Below, piece after piece: positions 26,901 through 35,051 of a stretch of DNA of 53,419 nucleotides (positions are counted from its first letter, which is position 1; each line of letters begins with the position of its first letter). The DNA is taken from NCBI GenBank assembly GCA_027064125.1, contig JAMOQF010000080.1, positions 1 through 53,419 of the forward strand, given 5' to 3'. The notes under the pieces were generated by a model. That model searched no databases, was not told where the DNA came from, and saw nothing but the letters and a program-made list of their open reading frames with translations. A program made the position numbers and the translations under genes. This DNA comes from Acidobacteriota bacterium. Lineage in GTDB: Bacteria; Acidobacteriota; JAAYUB01; JAMOQF01.

Positions 26901-27101
26901 ATGTTAAATGTTGAAATTGGGCATACTGCTGGCAAAGTATGGGATTTTCTTGAAAAAAATGGTGCAAGTACTATTAACAAATTGAAAAAGTCCGTTGATG
27001 CAAGCGGTGATATGGTACTTTTTGCCATTGGGTGGCTTGCGAGGGAAGATAAAATAAAGTTTGAGAAAAAGGGCAGAGCAACACTTATAAGTTTAAAATA
27101 G
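26901..27101 (+). CDS. Small winged-helix protein (DUF2582-like)
   Basis: This 66-aa protein (MLNVEIGHTAGKVWDFLEKNG...AIGWLAREDKI) resembles the small wHTH DUF2582 family. I prefer ATG 26901 because TGGAGG lies 6 nt upstream. The ORF is open from TTG 26877. Confidence 0.6.
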   Translation: MLNVEIGHTAGKVWDFLEKNGASTINKLKKSVDASGDMVLFAIGWLAREDKIKFEKKGRATLISLK

Positions 27102-27120
27102 GGGGTTCTCCCCCTATTTT
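27098..27120. terminator. Bidirectional hairpin terminator between convergent genes
   Basis: ATAGGGGG-TTCT-CCCCCTAT is flanked by A-run/T-run sequence. It overlaps the stop codons of the wHTH gene (+) and the TPR gene (-). Confidence 0.65.
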
Positions 27121-28079
27121 TCAATTTTTAAGTTTGATTTAACCCTTTTGATAGCTTTTTTTACTTCTGTTGAGGGAAGTATTTTTTTGGCTTTTTTATA
27201 GTAAAAAAGGGCTTTTTTATATTCTTTGTTCCTTTCAAAAACATATCCCAGGTAGAAATTGGCTCTGTAATTTTTTGGAAGTTGGTCTACAATTTCAAGA
27301 AGAATTTCCTTTGCGCTGTCAAATTTTTTCATAGAAATGTAGCAGAGGGCAAGATTAAGTTTGACTCTGGGTCTATTGGGAAATCTCTTTAAAAATTCTT
27401 GAAAGAGTTTGGAGGCCTCTTCAAATTTTTTCTCCTTCATGAGGTTTTCTGCCCTTTTTAGTTTAAGATCCATTAGCAGTTTAAAGGAGGGGCCAAAATA
27501 GGGATTTATTTCAAGACTTTTTTTAAGTGCCTCAGTTGATTTGTCAAACATCTTAAGTTTTAAATAGCATGCTCCAAGATGAAAGTAATCCTTTTCATCT
27601 CCCTTTTTAAATGAGAAGGATTTTAAGATAAATTCAACTGTTTTTTTACATTTTCCAAGTTTATAATAGATTATACCGCTTATTCTGTAGAAGAGGTAAA
27701 ATTCAGATTTTGAAGATAAGAATTTCTTTCCTCTCTTTAAGACAGATAAACTCTTTTCATATTCTCCCAGGTTGAAATAACTTTCAGCAAGGGCAATGTA
27801 GAGTGAACCTTCAGTCGAATTTAGAGAAGCAGCCTTTTCAAGGGCTTTTACTGCTTTCTCATAATTCTTTAATTTAAAATAACACATTCCTATTAGTCTA
27901 TGTGCAAATTCCCAGTCAGGGTATCTATTTACATAGGGAACCATAATATCTATTGCTTTTTTGTAATTTCCCTTTCTGTACTCTAACACTGCATCTTTGT
28001 AATCCGCCTTTAAAATTGAACTAAAAATGAGAAAAAGGATTAATAGAGAAATTGTCAGTCTTGAAAATACTCTTTCCAT
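27114..28079 (-). CDS. TPR-repeat protein with N-terminal signal/anchor
   Basis: Multiple 34-aa TPR-like units are visible (for example AxxYxxxGxYxxAxxxxxKAL patterns). It is the last gene of the exbB-exbD-exbD operon. Confidence 0.75.
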   Translation of the reverse strand: MERVFSRLTISLLILFLIFSSILKADYKDAVLEYRKGNYKKAIDIMVPYVNRYPDWEFAHRLIGMCYFKLKNYEKAVKALEKAASLNSTEGSLYIALAESYFNLGEYEKSLSVLKRGKKFLSSKSEFYLFYRISGIIYYKLGKCKKTVEFILKSFSFKKGDEKDYFHLGACYLKLKMFDKSTEALKKSLEINPYFGPSFKLLMDLKLKRAENLMKEKKFEEASKLFQEFLKRFPNRPRVKLNLALCYISMKKFDSAKEILLEIVDQLPKNYRANFYLGYVFERNKEYKKALFYYKKAKKILPSTEVKKAIKRVKSNLKIEK

Positions 28080-28501
28080 TCTCTAATTTCTTCCTCAGTT
28101 GGTATTGAAATATTTTTAACCCCTATTTGATTTAATAGGTCGAGTATTGTTACCGTTTTCTGGAAATTGACATCAGGATCCGTTCTTATTACCACAGGCT
28201 TTTTAAAGTTTGTTTTTTCCATTTTACTTTCTATATACCCTGAAATTTCATCTATTGAATCGAATTTCTTAAAATCCACATAATAACCATCTTTTTTTAT
28301 GTGTATATAGATTGATTCTTCTGGTTTGATGGTTGCATTTTTTTCCTTTTTGGGAATTCCATACTCTATCCCCTTATTTGCTGTAAAAACGGTTGTAAGC
28401 ATAAAGAAAACTATTAGCAGAAAGGCGATATCAGCCATGGATGCTGTGGGTATTTCCGCCTCTTCTCTATATTTTTTTATCTTAAAAAGTGTTTTGCTCA
28501 T
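28055..28501 (-). CDS. exbD: ExbD/TolR family biopolymer transport protein
   Basis: The N-terminal motif IPTASMADIAFLLIVFFM (TM helix with conserved Asp) is followed by a periplasmic domain. Confidence 0.85.
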   Translation of the reverse strand: MSKTLFKIKKYREEAEIPTASMADIAFLLIVFFMLTTVFTANKGIEYGIPKKEKNATIKPEESIYIHIKKDGYYVDFKKFDSIDEISGYIESKMEKTNFKKPVVIRTDPDVNFQKTVTILDLLNQIGVKNISIPTEEEIREWKEYFQD

Positions 28502-28923
28502 TTTTTTATCTTTTGTTCTGTCAGTATGGCTATATTTTTTACCTTGTTGTCCACAAGAATTTGATATATTCTGTCAAAGTTCTCATATGGTGAAAATCTG
28601 TCACATTTAATAATAAATTCTTTGAAGGGATTTTTCATCACTATTTCTTGCACTCTTTGATTTAATTCCTTTAAAGATGAAATTGGCACACTTTCATGAA
28701 TCCCATCTGAGAGCCTCATCTCTCCTTCTTTAGTTATGGCAATAATTGCAGCGTTTTTTTCCACGAGTTTTCTAACTGTGGATGATGGAAGGAAAACAGT
28801 TGTTCTATCAACTGAAAAAGTTGTTGAATATATAAAAAAGATAATTAGCAAGAATGCAATATCAGCCATGGATGCAGTGGGAATTACAGCCTTTAACTTT
28901 TTTGACCTGTATCCAAAGATCAT
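28498..28923 (-). CDS. exbD: ExbD/TolR family biopolymer transport protein (second paralogue)
   Basis: It carries the same IPTASMADIAFLLIIFF motif. It overlaps both neighbouring genes by 4 nt. Confidence 0.85.
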   Translation of the reverse strand: MIFGYRSKKLKAVIPTASMADIAFLLIIFFIYSTTFSVDRTTVFLPSSTVRKLVEKNAAIIAITKEGEMRLSDGIHESVPISSLKELNQRVQEIVMKNPFKEFIIKCDRFSPYENFDRIYQILVDNKVKNIAILTEQKIKK

Positions 28924-29579
28924 TTTTCCTCTTTTTCCTCTTCCATTTCAGAGAAGATTTCAAGTAACATTGCCGCAGAAGTCTCCATTAGAAGTGTGAA
29001 GTTGTTTAATTTATTTGAAAAGTAGTTGTATGCAAATTGAATGGGAAAGGCAATTATGAGTCCTGTTGCAGTTGTGATAAGTGCCTGAGAGATTCCAGCT
29101 GCCACAAGGCGGGGATCTGTAAAACTCTGTAAGGATAGAACTTTGAAGGAATTAATCATACCTGTAACTGTACCTAAAAAACCCAATATTGGTGCAATAT
29201 TTGCAATTGTAGCAAGTACCCATAACCCCCTTTCCAATTTTGAAACTTCATGTAAGGCAACACTTTCAATGGCCCTTAAAATTTCTTCATGATTTCTGCC
29301 AAATCTCAAAAGCCCTGCCTTTATTATATTGCCTAAGGGACCACCATATTGAGATGCATCCTCCATTGCACCTTTTAAGTCTTTTCTAAGAAGCTTGTCT
29401 CTGACATATGTAAATAAAAGATTTATATCCATGGGGAGCCTGTGATAGTAGATACCCCTTTCTATTACAAAGGCAACACCTATTATTGAACAAAGTAAAA
29501 GGGGCCACATTACAAATCCACCCTTCTGGAAATACTCAATTAGTGTTCCAAAAATTGCAAGGTACACAATCCCTCCCAA
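28920..29579 (-). CDS. exbB: MotA/TolQ/ExbB proton-channel protein
   Basis: It has three TM helices and the C-terminal conserved region GFLGTVTGMINSF...ALITTATGL. Confidence 0.88.
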   Translation of the reverse strand: MGGIVYLAIFGTLIEYFQKGGFVMWPLLLCSIIGVAFVIERGIYYHRLPMDINLLFTYVRDKLLRKDLKGAMEDASQYGGPLGNIIKAGLLRFGRNHEEILRAIESVALHEVSKLERGLWVLATIANIAPILGFLGTVTGMINSFKVLSLQSFTDPRLVAAGISQALITTATGLIIAFPIQFAYNYFSNKLNNFTLLMETSAAMLLEIFSEMEEEKEEK

Positions 29580-29743
29580 ATTTTAATATTTTCAAAATAA
29601 ATTAGTTTATATGCCAAAACTTAAGAAGTCAAATAATTTATGTTCCCTCTTTTTCTTTAATGTGGGAAAAAAACTCTTCTAAAAAAAATTTTAATCTATT
29701 ATTATTATTTTTTTCAAATTTATAATTTCATGAGGTATAAAAT

Positions 29744-32383
29744 ATGGCTAAAAAGGGTTTGCTTTACTTTAATCACTTTTTTTCAAAGCCCCATGTGGAT
29801 CCCTTTGATGAGGTTACTTGGGTTAGAAGAGATGCTATAATTCTTGGCAAGGATGGAAAATCGGTATTTGAGCAAAAAAATGTTGAGTTTCCTGAAAGTT
29901 GGAGTCAAACCGCTGTAAATATCGTTGCCTCAAAGTATTTTTATTATGATAATAAGGATAGAAGAGAAGATTCCTTAAAACAACTTATTCTAAGGGTAGC
30001 AGATACATTGTATAGATGGGGAGTGGAGGATGGGTATTTTGACGAGGAAAATGGAAAGGTTTTTAGAAAGGAATTGATATATTTATTACTAAATCAATAT
30101 GCGGCCTTTAATTCTCCTGTGTGGTTTAATATGGGAATAGAAGAAAAGCCTCAGTGCTCTGCCTGTTTCATAAATTCAGTTGAAGATAGGATGGATTCCA
30201 TTTTAGAACTTGTAAAAACAGAGGGAATGCTCTTTAAATATGGGTCCGGTACCGGTACAAATTTTTCAACATTGAGATCTTCATTTGAAAAATTGTCTGG
30301 TGGTGGGATTGCTTCTGGTCCTGTTTCCTTTATGAAGGGATATGATGCCTTTGCTGGTGTAATTAAATCTGGGGGGAAGACAAGGCGTGCCGCCAAGATG
30401 GTCATTTTAAATATAGATCATCCCGACATAGAGAAGTTTATAACCTGTAAGATGGAAGAAGAGAAGAAGGCATACATCTTAATAGATAATGGTTATTCTC
30501 CTGAAGAGGCCTATTCTTCAGTTTTTTTCCAGAATGCGAATAATAGTGTGAGGGTAAGTGATGAGTTTATGAAGGCTGTGGTTGAGGATAGAGAGTGGTT
30601 CACAAGGGCTGTAACAAATGGTGAGATTATAAAGAAATATAGGGCTAAGGATTTAATGCTAAAGATAGCTGAAAGCGCCCATTTTTGTGGGGATCCTGGA
30701 ATTCAGTTTGATACGACGATAAATAAGTGGAATACCTGTAAGGCAAGTGGAAAAATAAATGCTTCAAATCCCTGTTCTGAATATATGTTTCTGGATAATT
30801 CCGCATGCAATCTTGCCTCACTAAATCTTGTAAAGTTTTTGGATGAAGATGGAACTTTTAATGTGGAATCCTTTAAGAATGCAATAAGGATTATTTTTAT
30901 TTCTCAGGAAATAATAGTGGATAGGGCTGGTTATCCCACAAAAAAGATTGAGAAAAATTCACATCTTTTTAGGCCCATTGGACTTGGATACGCAAATCTT
31001 GGTGCCCTTCTTATGAACCTTGCAATTCCATATGACAGTGATGAGGGAAGGGGAATTGCTTCTTCCATAACCTCTATTATGACGGGAATGGCTTATAGAA
31101 CTTCTGCTGAGATAGCAGGTGTAAAGGGTCCATTTAAAGAGTACAGGAAAAATAAGAGGTCATTCCTTGAGGTAATGAATTTGCATCTGGATTATACTGA
31201 GAAAATAGAAAATTCCCCTGAGTATTTAAAAAAAGAGGCACTTTCCATATGGCAGGATGTTGTAAAAGAGGGGAAGAAATCTGGCTTTAGAAATGCCCAG
31301 GCTACAGTTCTTGCTCCCACGGGGACAATAGGTTTCATGATGGATTGTGATACGACTGGCATAGAGCCTGATATTGCACTTTTGAAATTTAAACAACTTG
31401 TGGGGGGTGGTGTACTTAAAATAGTTAATAATTCAGTGGAAAAGGCGTTAAAAAGATTAGGTTATCCAGAAGAGAAAATTAATAAAATTCTGGAATATGT
31501 TGAGGAAAATGGCATGGTTGAAGGATCCCCTGATATTAAGGAGGAGCATTTACCGGTTTTTGATTGTGCACTAAAACCACATAAGGGAAATAGATTTATT
31601 CATCACATGGGACATGTTAAGATGATGGCAGCGGTTCAACCCTTTTTGTCTGGAGCTATTTCAAAGACAGTCAATTTGCCTGAAAACATTACAGTGGAAG
31701 AGATAAAAGATATTTATTTGGAAGCCTGGAAACTTGGTCTAAAATCCATTGCGGTATACAGGGATGGATCAAAGCGAATGCAACCTTTGACTACATCTGC
31801 AAGTAAAAAGAAAAAGGTTGGTCTTTTCCCTGTGAGGAGAAGATTGCCCAGGGAGAGGAATGCCATTACCCATAAATTTCAGATAAATAATTATGAGGGG
31901 TACATTATTGTTGGAATGTATGAGGATGGTAAACCAGGTGAGATTTTTCTGGAGGTTGCAAAAGAAGGAAGCACAATTTCGGGGCTTATGGATGGATTTG
32001 CCACAGCGGTTTCCATGGCTTTACAATATGGGGTTCCCCTTGAGGTGCTCGTTAACAAGTTTACAAACACCCAGTTTGAACCCTCTGGATTTACAAAGGA
32101 TCCAAATATAAAATATGCAAAATCTCTTTTGGACTATATATTTAAGTGGCTGGCACTTAAGTTTTTACCAGTGGAAAAACAAAAATCCGTAGGGATTCAA
32201 AAACCTCAGCCTCCCCTTAAGAATGTTTCCATTGAACTCTCTGAAAGTGAAAGCGAAGGCGGTGAACATTTAATTGACTATCAGTCTGATGCTCCTATAT
32301 GTCCGGAATGTGGTTCCATTATGGTGAGAAATGGGGCCTGTTATAAATGTGAAAATTGTGGCAGTACCAGTGGATGTTCATAA
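29744..32383 (+). CDS. nrdJ: Adenosylcobalamin-dependent (class II) ribonucleotide reductase
   Basis: Class II RNR landmarks are present: SACFI, GSGTGTNFS, NPCSEYMFLDNSACNLASLNL, APTGTI and ISKTVNLP. It also has a C-terminal zinc ribbon CPECG...CYKCENCG. Confidence 0.92.
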   Translation: MAKKGLLYFNHFFSKPHVDPFDEVTWVRRDAIILGKDGKSVFEQKNVEFPESWSQTAVNIVASKYFYYDNKDRREDSLKQLILRVADTLYRWGVEDGYFDEENGKVFRKELIYLLLNQYAAFNSPVWFNMGIEEKPQCSACFINSVEDRMDSILELVKTEGMLFKYGSGTGTNFSTLRSSFEKLSGGGIASGPVSFMKGYDAFAGVIKSGGKTRRAAKMVILNIDHPDIEKFITCKMEEEKKAYILIDNGYSPEEAYSSVFFQNANNSVRVSDEFMKAVVEDREWFTRAVTNGEIIKKYRAKDLMLKIAESAHFCGDPGIQFDTTINKWNTCKASGKINASNPCSEYMFLDNSACNLASLNLVKFLDEDGTFNVESFKNAIRIIFISQEIIVDRAGYPTKKIEKNSHLFRPIGLGYANLGALLMNLAIPYDSDEGRGIASSITSIMTGMAYRTSAEIAGVKGPFKEYRKNKRSFLEVMNLHLDYTEKIENSPEYLKKEALSIWQDVVKEGKKSGFRNAQATVLAPTGTIGFMMDCDTTGIEPDIALLKFKQLVGGGVLKIVNNSVEKALKRLGYPEEKINKILEYVEENGMVEGSPDIKEEHLPVFDCALKPHKGNRFIHHMGHVKMMAAVQPFLSGAISKTVNLPENITVEEIKDIYLEAWKLGLKSIAVYRDGSKRMQPLTTSASKKKKVGLFPVRRRLPRERNAITHKFQINNYEGYIIVGMYEDGKPGEIFLEVAKEGSTISGLMDGFATAVSMALQYGVPLEVLVNKFTNTQFEPSGFTKDPNIKYAKSLLDYIFKWLALKFLPVEKQKSVGIQKPQPPLKNVSIELSESESEGGEHLIDYQSDAPICPECGSIMVRNGACYKCENCGSTSGCS

Positions 32384-32451
32384 AATATCTTTTTAAAATT
32401 TTAAAATTATTGTAAAATTAAATCTATGTTTTATTTTTTGGGGGGAGGAGT

Positions 32452-32931
32452 GTGAAAAGATTTTTTTGGGAGTTTTTATTTATAGTATTTATTTCAATTT
32501 TTACAGGTATGATTTTTAATACTTTTTATCTGGAAGGGATAAACCTAAAAAAGTTTAATCCCGCTCCCAATATTAAAAAAGAGGCAAAAGGATTAAATAT
32601 ACCGGTCCTTAATTTAACTGGAGCAAAGGAAAAATTTGATAGGGGAGCCATTTTTATTGATGCAAGGTCCAATGAAGAGTTTAAAAAGGGAAGAATTAAG
32701 TTTTCCTTCAATATTCCCAGTGGAAATGAAGAGAAATTTTGGGAGGAATTTTCCCAGTTTTGTCCCCCGGGATCTAATGAGGAGATTGTTGTATATTGTG
32801 ATGGAAAGGATTGCCATGCTTCTTTAAATGTTGCAAAATTTTTAAAAGATAAGGGATATAAAAAGGTGTATATTTTTACTGGAGGATGGAACGAATGGAT
32901 GGAAAAGGGTTATCCCATAGAGTGGGAATAG
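32452..32931 (+). CDS. Membrane-anchored rhodanese-domain protein
   Basis: A GTG start follows GGGGGGAGGAG. It has an N-terminal TM helix and a rhodanese fold with the active-site loop YCDGKDCHAS. Confidence 0.8.
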   Translation: MKRFFWEFLFIVFISIFTGMIFNTFYLEGINLKKFNPAPNIKKEAKGLNIPVLNLTGAKEKFDRGAIFIDARSNEEFKKGRIKFSFNIPSGNEEKFWEEFSQFCPPGSNEEIVVYCDGKDCHASLNVAKFLKDKGYKKVYIFTGGWNEWMEKGYPIEWE

Positions 32932-33347
32932 AAAAAGTTATCTACTATTTGTCGAGATTTATAATAGGGCTCATTTTCCTATATGCCAGTTGGCATAAAA
33001 TAGTTCATCCCCATGAGTTTGCAAAGGTTATTTATAACTACAAGATTTTTCATTCTAAAGAAGTAGTAAATGGCATTGCAATTTTTTTGCCGTGGCTTGA
33101 GTTTTATACAGGGGTTTTTTTGATAATTGGTGTTTTTGAAAGGGGCAGTTCTCTTTCAGCCTTTATTCTATTTCTGGCCTTTATCTTTGCGATTCTATAT
33201 ACAATTTATATGGGGATAGATACAAATTGTGGATGTTTCAATTTCAGTGAGTCTTCAAAGGTGGGTCTTCCACTTTTGCTTAGAGATATTCTTTTTTTGC
33301 TCTTAACATCTTATGTGGTTTTTTATTCCTTTAGGAAAAAGAGATAA
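32886..33347 (+). CDS. MauE/DoxX-family membrane protein
   Basis: It has four hydrophobic helices (LIFLYASWHKI...) and a CGCF motif. Pairing with a rhodanese gene is common for this family. The true start may be an internal GTG near 32922. Confidence 0.65.
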   Translation: MERMDGKGLSHRVGIEKVIYYLSRFIIGLIFLYASWHKIVHPHEFAKVIYNYKIFHSKEVVNGIAIFLPWLEFYTGVFLIIGVFERGSSLSAFILFLAFIFAILYTIYMGIDTNCGCFNFSESSKVGLPLLLRDILFLLLTSYVVFYSFRKKR

Positions 33348-33351
33348 TTGA

Positions 33352-35025
33352 ATGAAGGATAAGAAATTAGGTTATATTCTCCTCTATGCGCTTTTTAGTA
33401 ATATTTCCTATTCCACCCTTATGGGAGTTCACATTGACTCCTTTCTCTTTTACTCCTTTTCGAAGAAAATTTTAAGTGGAGAGTTAAATCCGCTTGCCTC
33501 TCCCTTTATCTGGAATGGTAAAATATGGCCAGATATGCTCTCCTATTCCCATCCTCCTCTTTTGTATTACTATATGGCACTTGTGGAGAAAATTTTTTCT
33601 GACTCAATTCTTGCCCTACACATTTCCTTTGTCCTGTTTTTCTTAATACTTTCAGCATCCATTTACTTTCTATTGAAGAAATATGTAAGAGGGTATTTTG
33701 TTTACTCTCTTTTATTTGTCTCTCTCCCTATTATTTCCTTTTCTTCCCACACTCTTATGATGGATATACCTTCATTTTCATTTTTTCTCGCCGGGGTTGT
33801 TTTAATCGACTATGGGCTTGATGAAAATAGTTGGTTAAAAATCCTCTCTGGCTCATTTTTAGGAGGGATGTCCATATTGATATCATTAAACTCAATATTT
33901 TTTATTCCTTTAGTTTTTATTTTGATTGTCATTAGAAAAAAGTGGAAGTTAAGATATTTTATGTGGGCGATTTTGCCAGCTTTTTTACTTTTTATGTTCT
34001 GGATATGTAGTGTCTATGCCTATTCAGGAAGATTTGTTTTCAGGGATATTTACCTGCTTCTTTCTCAGATGAAAAGCCACTCTGAAAATCTGATCTTATC
34101 CAAAATGTTTTATTTTTTCATTTCAGTGGGTTTTTTATCTCTTTTTTCTCCCTTTTTTTTCATTTTTTCAAAAAGGATTTATGCAAAACTTTTCTTTACC
34201 CTCTTTTTAATTACCTTTATTCCATCACAATTTTTTTTATCTGAATATGGATTCTATGGCAGGGCACTTCTTCTGTTCATTTTCTTTGCCACCATTTTCA
34301 TGTTTTTTGTTTTGCTTTTTGAAAAAGGGGATGGAGATATGAAATTTTTCAAGGCGTGGATTTTACTTTTTCTATTTTATGAAATTTTGATTTCACCCCA
34401 CGGTGCTGCAAGGTACTATCTTATTGTTATACCACCAATTTTGCTTATTTTCGTCAGATTAAAAGAGGATGGGAAATTGAAGATTGGCAGAAGGATGGAA
34501 ATTTTCTTTTTTTCCACCATTTTATTGGTGTCAATTCTTGTATCCACGGGAGATATCATGTTTTCAAAGGGATATGAGAAGATCTCAAAGGAGATACTTA
34601 AAAAGTATTCTTCCCAAAAAATATGGTATGCTGCCCACTGGGATCTGGGATATTATATTGAAAAGGGTGGTGGAAAACAGATTTTAAGATATGATAGGAG
34701 GGTAAGCCCGGGAGATATTTTAATTAAAACGGAAGTTGCTTCCACATATGAAACTGGATATGAAAGGGAACCCTATGGAAAAGAAATTGGCCAGATGGAT
34801 GTATATCCACCATTTCCCATTTATGTCATGAATTCTAAATTGAAATGTGGTCTTTACAGTGATTATTGGGGATTTTATCCCTTCAAACTTTATTTTGGGA
34901 AGTTGCCACTTGAAAGGGTTTACATCTATGAGATAGAAGAAAGATTGCCCCCCGATGAAAAGAAGGAGAAAATGAATTATGGTTTTTTTATAAAAAATGG
35001 TAAAATGGATTTACATTTTTATTGA
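33352..35025 (+). CDS. Polytopic membrane protein, GT-C/ArnT(PMT)-like putative glycosyltransferase
   Basis: This 557-aa protein has about 11-13 predicted TM helices followed by a soluble C-terminal domain, an architecture typical of GT39/GT83-like enzymes. No motif is certain. Confidence 0.45.
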   Translation: MKDKKLGYILLYALFSNISYSTLMGVHIDSFLFYSFSKKILSGELNPLASPFIWNGKIWPDMLSYSHPPLLYYYMALVEKIFSDSILALHISFVLFFLILSASIYFLLKKYVRGYFVYSLLFVSLPIISFSSHTLMMDIPSFSFFLAGVVLIDYGLDENSWLKILSGSFLGGMSILISLNSIFFIPLVFILIVIRKKWKLRYFMWAILPAFLLFMFWICSVYAYSGRFVFRDIYLLLSQMKSHSENLILSKMFYFFISVGFLSLFSPFFFIFSKRIYAKLFFTLFLITFIPSQFFLSEYGFYGRALLLFIFFATIFMFFVLLFEKGDGDMKFFKAWILLFLFYEILISPHGAARYYLIVIPPILLIFVRLKEDGKLKIGRRMEIFFFSTILLVSILVSTGDIMFSKGYEKISKEILKKYSSQKIWYAAHWDLGYYIEKGGGKQILRYDRRVSPGDILIKTEVASTYETGYEREPYGKEIGQMDVYPPFPIYVMNSKLKCGLYSDYWGFYPFKLYFGKLPLERVYIYEIEERLPPDEKKEKMNYGFFIKNGKMDLHFY

Positions 35026-35051
35026 GAAAATAAGAATTTAGGAGGTAGAAA

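Noticed and set aside
29580-29743. A cobalamin riboswitch or NrdR boxes upstream of the B12-dependent nrdJ.
   Set aside because: The 164-bp spacer is almost pure A/T with no GC-containing B12-box-like core and no paired ACACWATATWTWGTGT-type NrdR boxes. It is also too short and too unstructured for a cobalamin riboswitch.
29744-32383. A possible intein or frameshift in the large nrdJ gene.
   Set aside because: The ORF is continuous at 879 aa. The conserved class II RNR blocks occur in the normal order, with no inserted Cys/Ser...His-Asn splicing-type block visible.
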